Part shown: piece after piece, positions 9,580-19,148 of the stretch
Position numbering within the stretch: the stretch's first letter is position 1
Layout of the letters: each line of letters starts with the position of its first letter
Assembly (NCBI GenBank): GCA_964627245.1
Contig: CAZVGS010000002.1
Coordinates: 90,923-154,922 of the forward strand
Origin: an uncultured Gammaproteobacteria bacterium
GTDB taxonomy: Bacteria; Patescibacteriota; Microgenomatia; Levybacterales; GWA1-39-11
Direction of reading: 5' to 3'
DNA length: 64,000 bases
The notes under the pieces: generated by a model
Seen by the model: the letters and a program-made list of their open reading frames with translations, nothing else
Told to the model about the DNA's origin: nothing
Database searches by the model: none
Made by a program: the position numbers and the translations under genes

Positions 9580-11718
9580 CTATTTTGGCTGTTGGCCTTG
9601 AAGCGGGAAAGACGATCCTTGTTGCGGGGAAGAAGGGATGGGTGGTTGATAGGTTGGGGTTTGGAAAGGAGGTTGGGTTGATTGAATGGTGGGGGGTACT
9701 AACGGCAGCGATTGTCCGGTCAGAGGAGTGGAGAGTGGGGTTGGGGTGTTTGTGAACTGTTGCCCCGGCGGATTTTGGGTACCCGGAAACTGTGGCGCGG
9801 ATTGGAGGGGTGGCGGCTGTTGCTGTTGTGGGGGGGTGCTTGGGGGAGGTGCTTCAAGCTCTCTTTCCATGGTGTCTTGGGGCCTTGAAGTAACAAGGTC
9901 GTACTCGAATTGAGATGCAACAAACTGAGCCGTTACGTGATTTTGACCTGCAAAAAGAAGACCTTCTCCAACCTGTGCCGTTAGGAGATATTGCTTTTCT
10001 CCCTCAGAAAGATTTAAGGTTTTTGCAAGCGCCTCTACTTCTGATGAGCCTTGCTTCAGTAATATCTGCATCGAGGAGCTTGAAAGTATAGCTTTTCCAT
10101 AGTCTGATGACAGAAAGTCTTCGATGTCTTGAGTAAGAGTAGTGAGTCCCAAATAATACTTACGGCAACGCTTTGCAATTCCCTGCAGAAACGAAGCCGA
10201 GTCAGGGTATTTCATCATGTACCAGGCCTCATCAACGATAAGTAGTCTCTTTTTCATTTTTGTTCTAACCCTTGTCCATATAAAATCCAAAATAACATGC
10301 ATGGCAATAGGTCTTAACACATCCTCAAGCTGTTTAAGTGAAAAAACAGTAAGCTGGTTTTTCACGTCATAATTGGTCTGGTGATTGAAAAGACCGGAAA
10401 ACCCTCCCTTGACGTATTTTTCAAGTCTAAATGCAAGCTCTTTTGCGTCCGCCTCCTCCATGTTGAGAAGGGTTTTGTAAAGATCTTCAAGAATTGGGGG
10501 TTCGTTTTTGTATGTTGAGGGATCCGGGGTAATCCCCTTTTGCTTGTAGGCAAGAACAATTGAGCGGTCCAGTATTGCTTCCTGCGTTGCGTTCATTTCT
10601 CCCATCATGGTTTTAAACAACCCATGTACGCTTAAAATTTTTGTTCCTAGCTGTGCCTCCGATTGGTCATCTGGCATAAGGGCGAAGGGATTTATCTTTA
10701 TCTCCGAATCTTTGGAAAAAGCAACATACTCTCCACCTAATGAGTCGCAAAGCACCTTGTACTCATCTTCGGGATCTATTATCATAACCTCGGCATCAAA
10801 CATCATTTGTCTCAAAACCTCAAGCTTAACAAGAAATGACTTACCGGAGCCGGATTTCCCAAAAACAACAGAATTGGCATTCTCAAACGAGAATCTGTCA
10901 ACCACAACAAGCGAATTATTTAGAGTATTTATACCGTAGAGTATACCGTTGGGATGCGATATTTCGTATGAGGTAAAGGGAAAAGTGGAAGCGACTGAGG
11001 TTGTATCCATGTTGCGCGTTGAGAAAAGCTTGTCAATTCCCGTTGGCAGAGTGGTCTTAAATCCGTCTTCCATCTGAAGGGTTGCGGGTTTTATCACCAA
11101 TAGATTGGATGACAAAAGAGACATGAGCTCTTTTGAGCGGAGATTGAGGTCTTCAAGGTCGCCTGAGGCAAGAGTTACGTAAAGCCCGAATTGATAAAAG
11201 CGCTCAAGACCTCTGGCTAACTCTTCCCGAAGCGCAATTGCATCCTCCAAAGACGCTCTTATTTTAGGATCCGGCTCAAGACCTTGCTGGGTGTCTGACT
11301 CGATTGTTGCTTCCATCTCGGCAATTTTACGCCTCAAGTTGGAAAGTACATCTTTTGACTCAACCGGGTATATGAACATAGAGATATTCATCGTTTCTTT
11401 GTAGTCGATAAGTATCGAAAGCCAGTTGGGTGAAACCTGACGGGGGTAATCAACGACAAAAAAAGTGCGGTAATATGTGTCGCCGACTCTTATGTTTTTG
11501 AAATCTACCTCAACCGACGAGGGAGCAATGATATCAACTATTCCTACAGATCCCTGCTTTAGAGCCTCTGTGCTTTTTGCATTTTGGGCAGGAGTGGGCG
11601 CTGCGGGAGGTGCTTGGACCGGCTGCTGTTGGGCATTTTGCACGGGTTGACCCTGAGCCTGTTGCGCTGTATTTGATTGGGGAGGATTTGGTTGTTCTTG
11701 TTTCTTTTTTCCAAACAT
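9580..11718 (-). CDS. virB4: VirB4/TraC-like type IV secretion ATPase with Q/P-rich termini
   Basis: NANSVVFGKSGSGKS, IIDPEDEY, INPF, LLIVDEAW, TQDIEDF. Confidence 0.88.
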   Translation of the reverse strand: MFGKKKQEQPNPPQSNTAQQAQGQPVQNAQQQPVQAPPAAPTPAQNAKSTEALKQGSVGIVDIIAPSSVEVDFKNIRVGDTYYRTFFVVDYPRQVSPNWLSILIDYKETMNISMFIYPVESKDVLSNLRRKIAEMEATIESDTQQGLEPDPKIRASLEDAIALREELARGLERFYQFGLYVTLASGDLEDLNLRSKELMSLLSSNLLVIKPATLQMEDGFKTTLPTGIDKLFSTRNMDTTSVASTFPFTSYEISHPNGILYGINTLNNSLVVVDRFSFENANSVVFGKSGSGKSFLVKLEVLRQMMFDAEVMIIDPEDEYKVLCDSLGGEYVAFSKDSEIKINPFALMPDDQSEAQLGTKILSVHGLFKTMMGEMNATQEAILDRSIVLAYKQKGITPDPSTYKNEPPILEDLYKTLLNMEEADAKELAFRLEKYVKGGFSGLFNHQTNYDVKNQLTVFSLKQLEDVLRPIAMHVILDFIWTRVRTKMKKRLLIVDEAWYMMKYPDSASFLQGIAKRCRKYYLGLTTLTQDIEDFLSSDYGKAILSSSSMQILLKQGSSEVEALAKTLNLSEGEKQYLLTAQVGEGLLFAGQNHVTAQFVASQFEYDLVTSRPQDTMERELEAPPPSTPPQQQQPPPLQSAPQFPGTQNPPGQQFTNTPTPLSTPLTGQSLPLVPPTIQSTQPPFQTPTYQPPIPSSPQQGSSFPLQGQQPK

Positions 11719-11719
11719 A

Positions 11720-12373
11720 TCAAACGATTACATTTTTAATATCTTGTGAATCAAAATCAACGGTAATTGAGTCGTTGTTGAGAATTTCATAATAAAGTTT
11801 TATCAACTCTTCATGCGACAATGGTCTTGCCATAAGACCCATTCTTTCAACCTGAGCCTGAATAACAGCCCTTTTTGAAATCAAAGCGTTTTTTGCCTGA
11901 TCCGCGAAGGGTCCGCTCGTGCCTTGCTTGGATTTTGCTTGTTGTGGCGCACTGCCCGGAACGACGCTTGCCTCAAGGTAAGAGTACGGAACCACTATGT
12001 ATATCTTTTTATCCAAAAGACCTTCGTTTTTTACCAGCTCATCAATGAATTGCCTGTACATTGTTAAATGCTCTTTGAGTTTTTGGTTTTGAAGTGATTC
12101 GATTTTTTGATCCAAAAGTTTTAGGTAGTTACCCATATCAACTCTTTTTGAGACAATTAAAATTTGTATAGGAAATGAAAGTGAATTTATGAGAGACATA
12201 TATCCGTAAATTCTTGCGTTCTGCTCATCTGCTGATAAGAGAAAAAAATTAACGGATGAGATCTCAAGAACACAGCAGGCATTTTTTCCCTTAAAGAGTA
12301 CTATGTCACCAACTATGTCGACAATTTCGGTAAAGTCTTGTGTTGTTGAGTGGATTTTGTCTTTTTTTGACAT
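11720..12373 (-). CDS. Conjugal-transfer-associated protein resembling a stand-alone VirB4 N-terminal (TraC-like) domain
   Basis: STTQDF...SSVNFFLLSADEQ...INSLSFPIQILI motif; lies between PrgI and VirB4. Confidence 0.65.
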   Translation of the reverse strand: MSKKDKIHSTTQDFTEIVDIVGDIVLFKGKNACCVLEISSVNFFLLSADEQNARIYGYMSLINSLSFPIQILIVSKRVDMGNYLKLLDQKIESLQNQKLKEHLTMYRQFIDELVKNEGLLDKKIYIVVPYSYLEASVVPGSAPQQAKSKQGTSGPFADQAKNALISKRAVIQAQVERMGLMARPLSHEELIKLYYEILNNDSITVDFDSQDIKNVIV

Positions 12374-12376
12374 ATA

Positions 12377-13615
12377 TTATGCTTGCTGTGCGGTTTGGGG
12401 TGCCTGGTTCTCAAAAAGCTCGCGTCTTAGTCTTTCCCGCTGGTCAACAGAAACAATCTCGAGGGGCTCGAATAAATTTCCATCAAGTGCTATGTGTATT
12501 TGTTCAAATTCGTGTTGTTTTCTCGGGTCCTCCAGAAGAACATTGTATTCGCCGTCGGGAAGCGGGGTTGCGGCCGCAAATTGCCCAAGCGCATTAGTCT
12601 TAAAAGCTCTTACGGGAATTCCCTGAAGATCCATTATCTCAACCAATATATTCGGAAGTATTCTCCCTCTTGGGTCTTTGATTATACCCAAAACAATATT
12701 TGGGGCATCTGGAAGACTTGGAAATCCACCTTTCAGAGAGGTTTCTTTCGAAAGCGTTGTAACATTTTGAGATTCATTGGGAATTACTGTTGGGATCTTT
12801 GCTTCATTTCCTTGAACGACCGTAAGATCCTTAGGCGCTTGGGGGGGCGCTTGTTGCTGGGTCTGGATGGGAGGCTGTTGGGGGATCAGGTTTTCCATTT
12901 TGATCTCCTCAGGCTTTCCCCCTTCAAATACGGGCTTTGAATCTGTTTCCTGGACAGCCGGCGAAGGTTTTGCTATCGGGGTCTCCTTCGGAAGATTGGC
13001 CGGCGAGACAACTTTTATTGCATCTGAAATGCTTGTTTGAGGAATAGCAGACGGCTGTGCTATTTGGGTAGAACGCTGAGTTTCATTGGGGGGGGAGTCT
13101 ACTTTTTGGACTTGAGGGCTCGCCGAATGCTGGGATTCATTTAAGTAGTTATTTATATTTAAGAGCATTGCCTGCTCGCGCTCGTCGGGCCGGTAGTTCT
13201 TTTTAAGCGCCCCGTATAGAAGAGCTCTTTTTGAGGAGAGGGCACTATTATTTTCGGTTTTTTTCACCTCTATTTTTTGGGATGCTGTGCTTTGAGGTGA
13301 GAAAAATTCGCCGATAATTACCTCGGCACCCCTTTTTTTGTATATGTATTGGTTTTCGGCAGGAAGTGCCTTCAGGAAATTCTTTGCCATTACATCCATC
13401 GGACGCCCTTCAATAGGAACAAAAGCAAGCATTACGCCAAAGCTTCCAAAAAGTATGCTCAAAGGAATTTTTATGAAAGGTGTCATCGGCAAGATAAAAC
13501 AAACTGCGGCAACTATTCCGCCTCCTAAAATATAAAGAAATTGCTTGACCGTAACGCTTCCAATAAGCTTGAATTTAAATCCTGTAACGTCCTGCGGAAT
13601 AGGGTGGTTTTCCAT
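12377..13615 (-). CDS. PrgI (VirB3-like) family protein fused to a C-terminal carboxypeptidase-regulatory-like beta domain
   Basis: HPIPQDVTGFKFKLIGSVTVKQF, two TMs, GRPMD; P/Q linker; GIIKDPRGRILPNILVEI...TNALGQF. Start set to ATG 13615. Confidence 0.75.
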   Translation of the reverse strand: MENHPIPQDVTGFKFKLIGSVTVKQFLYILGGGIVAAVCFILPMTPFIKIPLSILFGSFGVMLAFVPIEGRPMDVMAKNFLKALPAENQYIYKKRGAEVIIGEFFSPQSTASQKIEVKKTENNSALSSKRALLYGALKKNYRPDEREQAMLLNINNYLNESQHSASPQVQKVDSPPNETQRSTQIAQPSAIPQTSISDAIKVVSPANLPKETPIAKPSPAVQETDSKPVFEGGKPEEIKMENLIPQQPPIQTQQQAPPQAPKDLTVVQGNEAKIPTVIPNESQNVTTLSKETSLKGGFPSLPDAPNIVLGIIKDPRGRILPNILVEIMDLQGIPVRAFKTNALGQFAAATPLPDGEYNVLLEDPRKQHEFEQIHIALDGNLFEPLEIVSVDQRERLRRELFENQAPQTAQQA

Positions 13616-13738
13616 AATAATAACAAACACACCAAGTTGATGCGCCGTTGTTAAGCGTATAACGTGAAAATTTTGTCTGCAAGACAATCAAAGTGTGTCA
13701 AAACAGATATACCTTTGAGGCTGGTTGTGAAAAGAAGA

Positions 13739-15811
13739 CTAAAGAGCCCCCGACCAAGCGGCTCCGCCCGCGGCTTTTGCCCCAGCGCCTGCCGCAACAG
13801 CAATAGGTGCTATTCCAATCCCCGCAACCGCACCAACTCCAAGAATTGCAGCAAGCCAGATAAGCCACTTCATCTTGAAGTCGGGTCTTATGCCTTGAGC
13901 CTCAAGGTTTTTAATAATTCCTTGGGCTTCTTTCGATTTTGAAATTGCATCGGATAGCTTCCCAGAGAAATTTTGTTCTAAAAGTTCCCATTCATGTTTT
14001 TTGAGGCCAATTTTATGTGTTCCGGGTATTCTGTCCTTCAATCTACTTCCCAACGTGCGGGCCAAGAACATGTCTTTGAAGAGCTTGTTTCTGAGAGTCT
14101 CGCCGTGTTTTGAATATGCTTCCTCAAGCCGTTTCTTTTGATCCTCACTTAACTTTGTTAAATCTACAGTGCGGTAATCGACTGGGTCAGGAATGGGGTT
14201 GCCATCTTCATCAATAAGAGTGAATCCAAGCTCGCGTACCAACAACCTTTTGACCCCATCTTCACCTTCATAAGCAAGCATTCTAACGTCTGTATTGATT
14301 TGTGCAGTATCGGAATCTTTAGACCTAGTATTTGGGTCATATCGTATCCATCTTGTTTCCATTGCTTTTTTGATTGCTTCATCGTCTGAATTGTTTTGTT
14401 TTTCTTTGTCCTCAGTTAGAGCTTTTTTCTCAAGCCCTTCTAGCTCATCGTATCTTTTCTCCAGAGTAGAGGCGGCCGCATCAGCCATAACGTTTTCAAG
14501 TCTCTCTATCAGATCTTGTTCAGCAGCCAGCCTTGCATTTTTGCTTGCCTTTTCGCTTTTCAAGGAATCAGACTCTTTTCTCTTTATAATGTCATCACTA
14601 GCCTTGATTTCTTTTCCGAGTGCCGATGCTTCTGAAATGCTTTGCGCAATACCACTTACATAAATTCCCGCAGCGTCTTTTGCTGGTGAATATTTAGTTA
14701 ATAAATCGACAAAGTTGTTTATGTCTGTGTCTGACACAACCGTTCCTTTTAGTACATTTATGTCACCTAATAAATTGTTTATGTCATTTTGCAGTCCGCC
14801 CCTTTCGGCAGGCTTCGATGTTTTATTAAGTCTTTCTTTTGTTTGGGAGATTTCCCTTTGCTTCTCGACTATTGCTTGAAGCTCGGTAAACTTAGGTATA
14901 TTTGTTCCATTTATGACAAGTCCACCCAAGCTTTTCATAATTGTTTCTGGTGCCATTCCCTGGTCTATCCAGCTTTTTATCTGATCTTCTTGTGCAGGAG
15001 TTAATGGAGGAGTAGCGGAAATATCAGCACGTATAACATTTAGAATATTTGTTTTTGCCGTGTCGAGTTTCGGTTCAGCAATTGCCTTATCGGCTTTCGC
15101 TTTTGAATAATCTTCGTCAGTTGTTACATCCGGAAGCTTTTGGGCATCTACAGCTATGTTTTTCATAAGTTTTACAACTTCATTTCTCATCACAGGATCT
15201 TTGGCAAGCGTTTCTTCGATGTAACGTCTTCTTGCACCATCATTGAGAGATGATAGTTCTGGAAATAGTTCCTGGACTGTTGAGCTTTGAAGAATTAGGT
15301 TCAAACCATCCTCTCGCGCATTGATGAAATCTCTTGTATTACTTATGCTTGTATCTCCCCTTGCTACTCTTTCTCTAATAACTACATCAATGGATTTATT
15401 CCTTCTTCCTGCCTCTGCAGTGATATCAGCATACTGGATATAATTACTAACACCCTCAATTAGTTGTTTGGCGGTTTCGTGAGAGTTTTTTTCAGCATTG
15501 TCTGGATTTTTCGTACTATCCGGTTCTGTGGTTTGTTTTCCTGTGGCACTCACAACCTCATGCGCTTTACCTGCTCCGAATGCCAATTCCATAGCAACTG
15601 CTTGATTTGTTGAGAAAGAGCCGGCTCCGGATTCTCGGGCTGCTGTTATTCTTTCTTTCCCGGTAGCACCTTTCTCTTTAAGAGCTCTTAGTCTTTTTTG
15701 TCTCTCAAGCGTTTCGGGGCGTGTCGTTGGGATCGTGCGTGTTTCGCTTCCATATTGCAGTACATCTATCGGAGCAATTTTGGGTGTTTCTGGTGTTGAA
15801 ATGTCCGGCAT
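13739..15811 (-). CDS. Large alpha-helical/coiled-coil hypothetical protein with C-terminal Gly/Ala-rich hydrophobic segment
   Basis: 690-aa ORF, charged helical body, ends WLIWLAAILGVGAVAGIGIAPIAVAAGAGAKAAGGAAWSGAL. Confidence 0.75.
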   Translation of the reverse strand: MPDISTPETPKIAPIDVLQYGSETRTIPTTRPETLERQKRLRALKEKGATGKERITAARESGAGSFSTNQAVAMELAFGAGKAHEVVSATGKQTTEPDSTKNPDNAEKNSHETAKQLIEGVSNYIQYADITAEAGRRNKSIDVVIRERVARGDTSISNTRDFINAREDGLNLILQSSTVQELFPELSSLNDGARRRYIEETLAKDPVMRNEVVKLMKNIAVDAQKLPDVTTDEDYSKAKADKAIAEPKLDTAKTNILNVIRADISATPPLTPAQEDQIKSWIDQGMAPETIMKSLGGLVINGTNIPKFTELQAIVEKQREISQTKERLNKTSKPAERGGLQNDINNLLGDINVLKGTVVSDTDINNFVDLLTKYSPAKDAAGIYVSGIAQSISEASALGKEIKASDDIIKRKESDSLKSEKASKNARLAAEQDLIERLENVMADAAASTLEKRYDELEGLEKKALTEDKEKQNNSDDEAIKKAMETRWIRYDPNTRSKDSDTAQINTDVRMLAYEGEDGVKRLLVRELGFTLIDEDGNPIPDPVDYRTVDLTKLSEDQKKRLEEAYSKHGETLRNKLFKDMFLARTLGSRLKDRIPGTHKIGLKKHEWELLEQNFSGKLSDAISKSKEAQGIIKNLEAQGIRPDFKMKWLIWLAAILGVGAVAGIGIAPIAVAAGAGAKAAGGAAWSGAL

Positions 15812-15812
15812 A

Positions 15813-16121
15813 TTATTGGATGCTTCTTATCTGTTCTTGTGCTTGTTGAAGTTGCACGTTGTCTTGTTTTTTAGCTTCTTCTGCTTGTAGCTCAGAATAA
15901 AAACTTTTATAAACAGGCCATAGAGTAGAAAGCTTGTTCAGAAAATCCATTAAGTCTTTCCTTGTGCTTAAGACTTCTAGTTGTTCAAGAATAAACTGAG
16001 CAGAGGTTTGTGAGTCCTCATCTGTAAGCGCATTCGCCTCAAGACCTTCAAGCATTGCATCGGCCAATCTAGTATAGATGCTATTTTTTTCCTCCTCGGT
16101 AACCTGGTCATAATTGTCCAT
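15813..16121 (-). CDS. Small acidic helical hypothetical protein
   Basis: Tightly packed in the operon (1 nt before the next gene); start set to ATG 16121. Confidence 0.65.
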   Translation of the reverse strand: MDNYDQVTEEEKNSIYTRLADAMLEGLEANALTDEDSQTSAQFILEQLEVLSTRKDLMDFLNKLSTLWPVYKSFYSELQAEEAKKQDNVQLQQAQEQIRSIQ

Positions 16122-16161
16122 ATATACACAATACGTCAAGTTGAGTGAGGCTGTCAACTAA

Positions 16162-16458
16162 CTAGAGGGTGGGGTTTTGGATTTGACTGACTCCTGTGAG
16201 CTGGGAGATAAATCCGACGATAAAAAATGAAAGAAAGATAACGATAAGTCCAACTATCGTATACGTTGCTGTTTTTTTGGCCATGGCAACTTTTTCAGGA
16301 TCTCCTTTTGAAGTTATATACATTATGCCTGCATAGATAAAGAGAATAAGGGCAACAAGACCCGAAAAGGCAAGAGCGGCATTAACGATATTTCTTACAA
16401 TAATTGGAATACAGGCAAGAGTTGCGACGCCGTTTTCAAGACATTGGTCCCAAGGCAT
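16162..16458 (-). CDS. VirB2/TrbC-like T4SS pilin
   Basis: Two TMs flanking GIMYITSKGDPEKVAMAKKTATYTIVGL. Confidence 0.82.
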   Translation of the reverse strand: MPWDQCLENGVATLACIPIIVRNIVNAALAFSGLVALILFIYAGIMYITSKGDPEKVAMAKKTATYTIVGLIVIFLSFFIVGFISQLTGVSQIQNPTL

Positions 16459-16463
16459 AAAAT

Positions 16464-16874
16464 TTATTCACCGCTGAGGGTAGGAAGCTGAAGGTCAAAT
16501 AGGCTAAGTCCGAATAGCTGAAGAACGAGGTTGAGTATGAAAAATGCCAAGAATACTACGATAAGGCCAATTACGGCAGCAATTATTTGATTTCTTGCAG
16601 CTTCAACTCCTGCTTTGTCACCACCAGACGTTATCCATTTGATGCCTCCCCACACGAGGAAAAGAAGGGCAACGAGTACCGCAATAACAAATGCTATTGT
16701 TACGATAAAACCTACCAATTGACCTATGCTTCTATCGGATCCTGCGCATGCTTGCTTCAGAATTCCCGTCGCACCTTCGCAAGGATTGAGGTCTTTGGTG
16801 TCTGCAGCGTATACAGAGACAGCTGTTGCAAGATATACGGGGGCAGTTCCGAGGACAGCTAATACTTTTTTCAT
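16464..16874 (-). CDS. VirB2/TrbC-like T4SS pilin with signal peptide
   Basis: GGIKWITSGGDKAGVEAARNQIIAAVIGL; leader ending VYA. Confidence 0.85.
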   Translation of the reverse strand: MKKVLAVLGTAPVYLATAVSVYAADTKDLNPCEGATGILKQACAGSDRSIGQLVGFIVTIAFVIAVLVALLFLVWGGIKWITSGGDKAGVEAARNQIIAAVIGLIVVFLAFFILNLVLQLFGLSLFDLQLPTLSGE

Positions 16875-16918
16875 AGATAATTAATTGTTAACAGGTTTGT
16901 TATTCCTTGTCAAGCATT

Positions 16919-17260
16919 CTATATGGTAAGGTTAAAAAAGTTAACCCCAAGCGCCGAGCCTACAAAATTGATAATAAAAAAGGAGAAAAAGACGACCAAA
17001 AGCCCTATTATCGCGTAAATAATGGTGCGTCTGGCGCTTTCAACTTTTGTTTTGTCCCCCTCAGACATTATGTAATTTGCGCCTCCATATATTAGAAAAA
17101 GCAGAGCGATAATAATGCTTGCGATAAGAAGCCAGGTGATAACAAGTCCTATTATTCTTCCTCCATCTCCCTCAAGTCCTCCTGTCGGAACCCCGGAGGG
17201 CGCAGCTATTTCAATGGGTTCGCCGTCAGTGCCCGGAATGGTTAATGATAAAAGTTTCAT
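16919..17260 (-). CDS. VirB2/TrbC-like T4SS pilin
   Basis: GGANYIMSEGDKTKVESARRTIIYAIIGL. Confidence 0.82.
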   Translation of the reverse strand: MKLLSLTIPGTDGEPIEIAAPSGVPTGGLEGDGGRIIGLVITWLLIASIIIALLFLIYGGANYIMSEGDKTKVESARRTIIYAIIGLLVVFFSFFIINFVGSALGVNFFNLTI

Positions 17261-17262
17261 AA

Positions 17263-17688
17263 TTAATTAAAGCCCGGAATTTTTATAATGTCTCCTGCTA
17301 TTACTGATAGTATCACAAGCGAGAATACTATAAAAAGAAGCCCGACAATTGCCGATGTTAAGGTCTCGCGTGCTCCCTGGACAATTTCTTTATTGGCTCT
17401 TGAAACGAGGAGCTTGTATCCTGAAAAAATAATAATTATTAGTGCTGCAAATCCTCCCAACGAAAGTGCAATTGAGAATATTTTGGTAACAACCACAACC
17501 GGGCTTGAAACATCAACTATTCCTATTGCTGTATCGCACTTATTATTCGGACAAGGTTCCTTAGATGTTGCTGAACCTCCTCCCCCCGGGGGAGGATTGC
17601 TGGCAGTGTCGGCTAGGGTTGGAAAAGTAATAAACATAAGAAGGGTTATTGCTAAAAGCAACGGCAGGTTTATTAAAAATTTTTTCAT
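17263..17688 (-). CDS. VirB2/TrbC-like T4SS pilin with signal peptide
   Basis: SGYKLLVSRANKEIVQGARETLTSAIVGL; CDTAIG motif. Confidence 0.8.
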   Translation of the reverse strand: MKKFLINLPLLLAITLLMFITFPTLADTASNPPPGGGGSATSKEPCPNNKCDTAIGIVDVSSPVVVVTKIFSIALSLGGFAALIIIIFSGYKLLVSRANKEIVQGARETLTSAIVGLLFIVFSLVILSVIAGDIIKIPGFN

Positions 17689-17725
17689 ATATATATGGTA
17701 CTTTTAATAACGCTCCAATTCAACA

Positions 17726-19057
17726 TCACGCCAATTTGTAGCCGGTACCTTTTAAGGTCTGGATGTAATGGGGATTTGCAGGATCTATTTCCACCTTTTT
17801 TCTTAGCCTGTAAAATATCTGATCCAATGCTTGGTCGGTGACCCCCTCCTGGGATTTTTGCTCACTCCATGTGGCAGATATGAGTTCGTCTTTTGTGCAG
17901 ATCTTCCCCCTATTGAGGATTAAGTACTTTAATAGTCTGAATTCCAGCGGAGAAAGTCTGTTTGAGACCTGAATATCTCCTATATATATTTCATTTTTTG
18001 CTTCATCGTAAGAGAGTGATTCGGTGCTTTTGACAGGAATATTATTGATGAATGATTCGAAAAGGGGTATGGTAATCCCATTCTCATTGTATAGAAAGGT
18101 ATTTACTAAATAAGGAAATTCTTCCTTTGTTTTTTCAAAGGAAACGTTTTCTTTTAGTGCAAGCTGTTCTGCAGGAAGAAGCGCATGCCAAATCTCATCA
18201 AGGGCTTTTTGTATGGTGGATCTTTTTTTAAGGAATTCTTCGATATTCTCAACAGGCTCATTTTCAGTTGTAACTGCCTCGAAAGATAATTTTGAAAGTC
18301 TTGAATGTCCACCTGTCATCTCCAATATCTTTCTTTTTTGCTCTGGATCAAGCTTTTTTCTAGCGGCTTTTTCGATATATGAGGCTCGAAAATCAAGCCA
18401 TACATCATCACTGAAAGACACATAGACAACATTTTCTGCTATAAGATCATGAAAATCAGTGAGTAGTGAGGAGTCTAAGAGTTCTTCAAGAGGTCTTACT
18501 AGTGAAAATATACACCCAAATCTATATTTTGCACGGTTTCTTAGTGAGTTGAGATTATTGAAAAATTGAGGGGTAATGCTTGGTATTATGCATTCAAATT
18601 TGTCAAAAAGTAAATTTATGGTTAACTTTTTTTCAATGGATAGGTAGTCGATGCTTTTTTTCAGGCTTTGAAAGAGCATAAGCTCATCTCCACCGGATAG
18701 CCCTTCTTTCAAAAAGTCGTTAATTTTTTGAGAGTCTTTCATCATCCGTCTTTCGCCAAGCGAAAAAGAGAGGGAAATTAGGATAAATTTTAATATTTCA
18801 AAAAGAGACTTGTCATTTACTTCGGAGCAATCCAGGTAGACAAAGTGCAGTAATTTTTCGTAGTCGCCATAATTGTTGTATCTCGCATCTCTATTATAGG
18901 AAAGAAGGCGAAGAACATTGCTTTTTCCGCACCCCGGGATACCTACGAGTTGAGTTGAAAGGCCTTTTTCAAGGTACGGAATTATCAATTTGAACTCGCG
19001 TTCACGTGTTTTTGGAGGGTAGAGCGAATCAAAATATTTTAACGGCTGTAAATCCAT
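17726..19057 (-). CDS. P-loop NTPase (STAND/AAA-like) fused to a C-terminal OmpR-type winged-helix DNA-binding domain
   Basis: GIPGCGKS Walker A, LLFDKFE Walker B, TGGH; LSPLEFRLLKYL...RLRKKVEIDPANPHYIQTLKGTGYKL. Confidence 0.82.
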   Translation of the reverse strand: MDLQPLKYFDSLYPPKTREREFKLIIPYLEKGLSTQLVGIPGCGKSNVLRLLSYNRDARYNNYGDYEKLLHFVYLDCSEVNDKSLFEILKFILISLSFSLGERRMMKDSQKINDFLKEGLSGGDELMLFQSLKKSIDYLSIEKKLTINLLFDKFECIIPSITPQFFNNLNSLRNRAKYRFGCIFSLVRPLEELLDSSLLTDFHDLIAENVVYVSFSDDVWLDFRASYIEKAARKKLDPEQKRKILEMTGGHSRLSKLSFEAVTTENEPVENIEEFLKKRSTIQKALDEIWHALLPAEQLALKENVSFEKTKEEFPYLVNTFLYNENGITIPLFESFINNIPVKSTESLSYDEAKNEIYIGDIQVSNRLSPLEFRLLKYLILNRGKICTKDELISATWSEQKSQEGVTDQALDQIFYRLRKKVEIDPANPHYIQTLKGTGYKLA

Positions 19058-19148
19058 AATCTAATGATACAACGAAAATAAGCTTGTTGTCAGGTCCTTG
19101 AGAGGAACATATCAAGTTGACGAAGTACACTTCCCATACAATGAGCGC

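Noticed and set aside
9580-9860. Pro/Gln-rich low-complexity sequence as a DNA repeat
   Set aside because: Encodes the disordered VirB4 tail; no exact tandem unit
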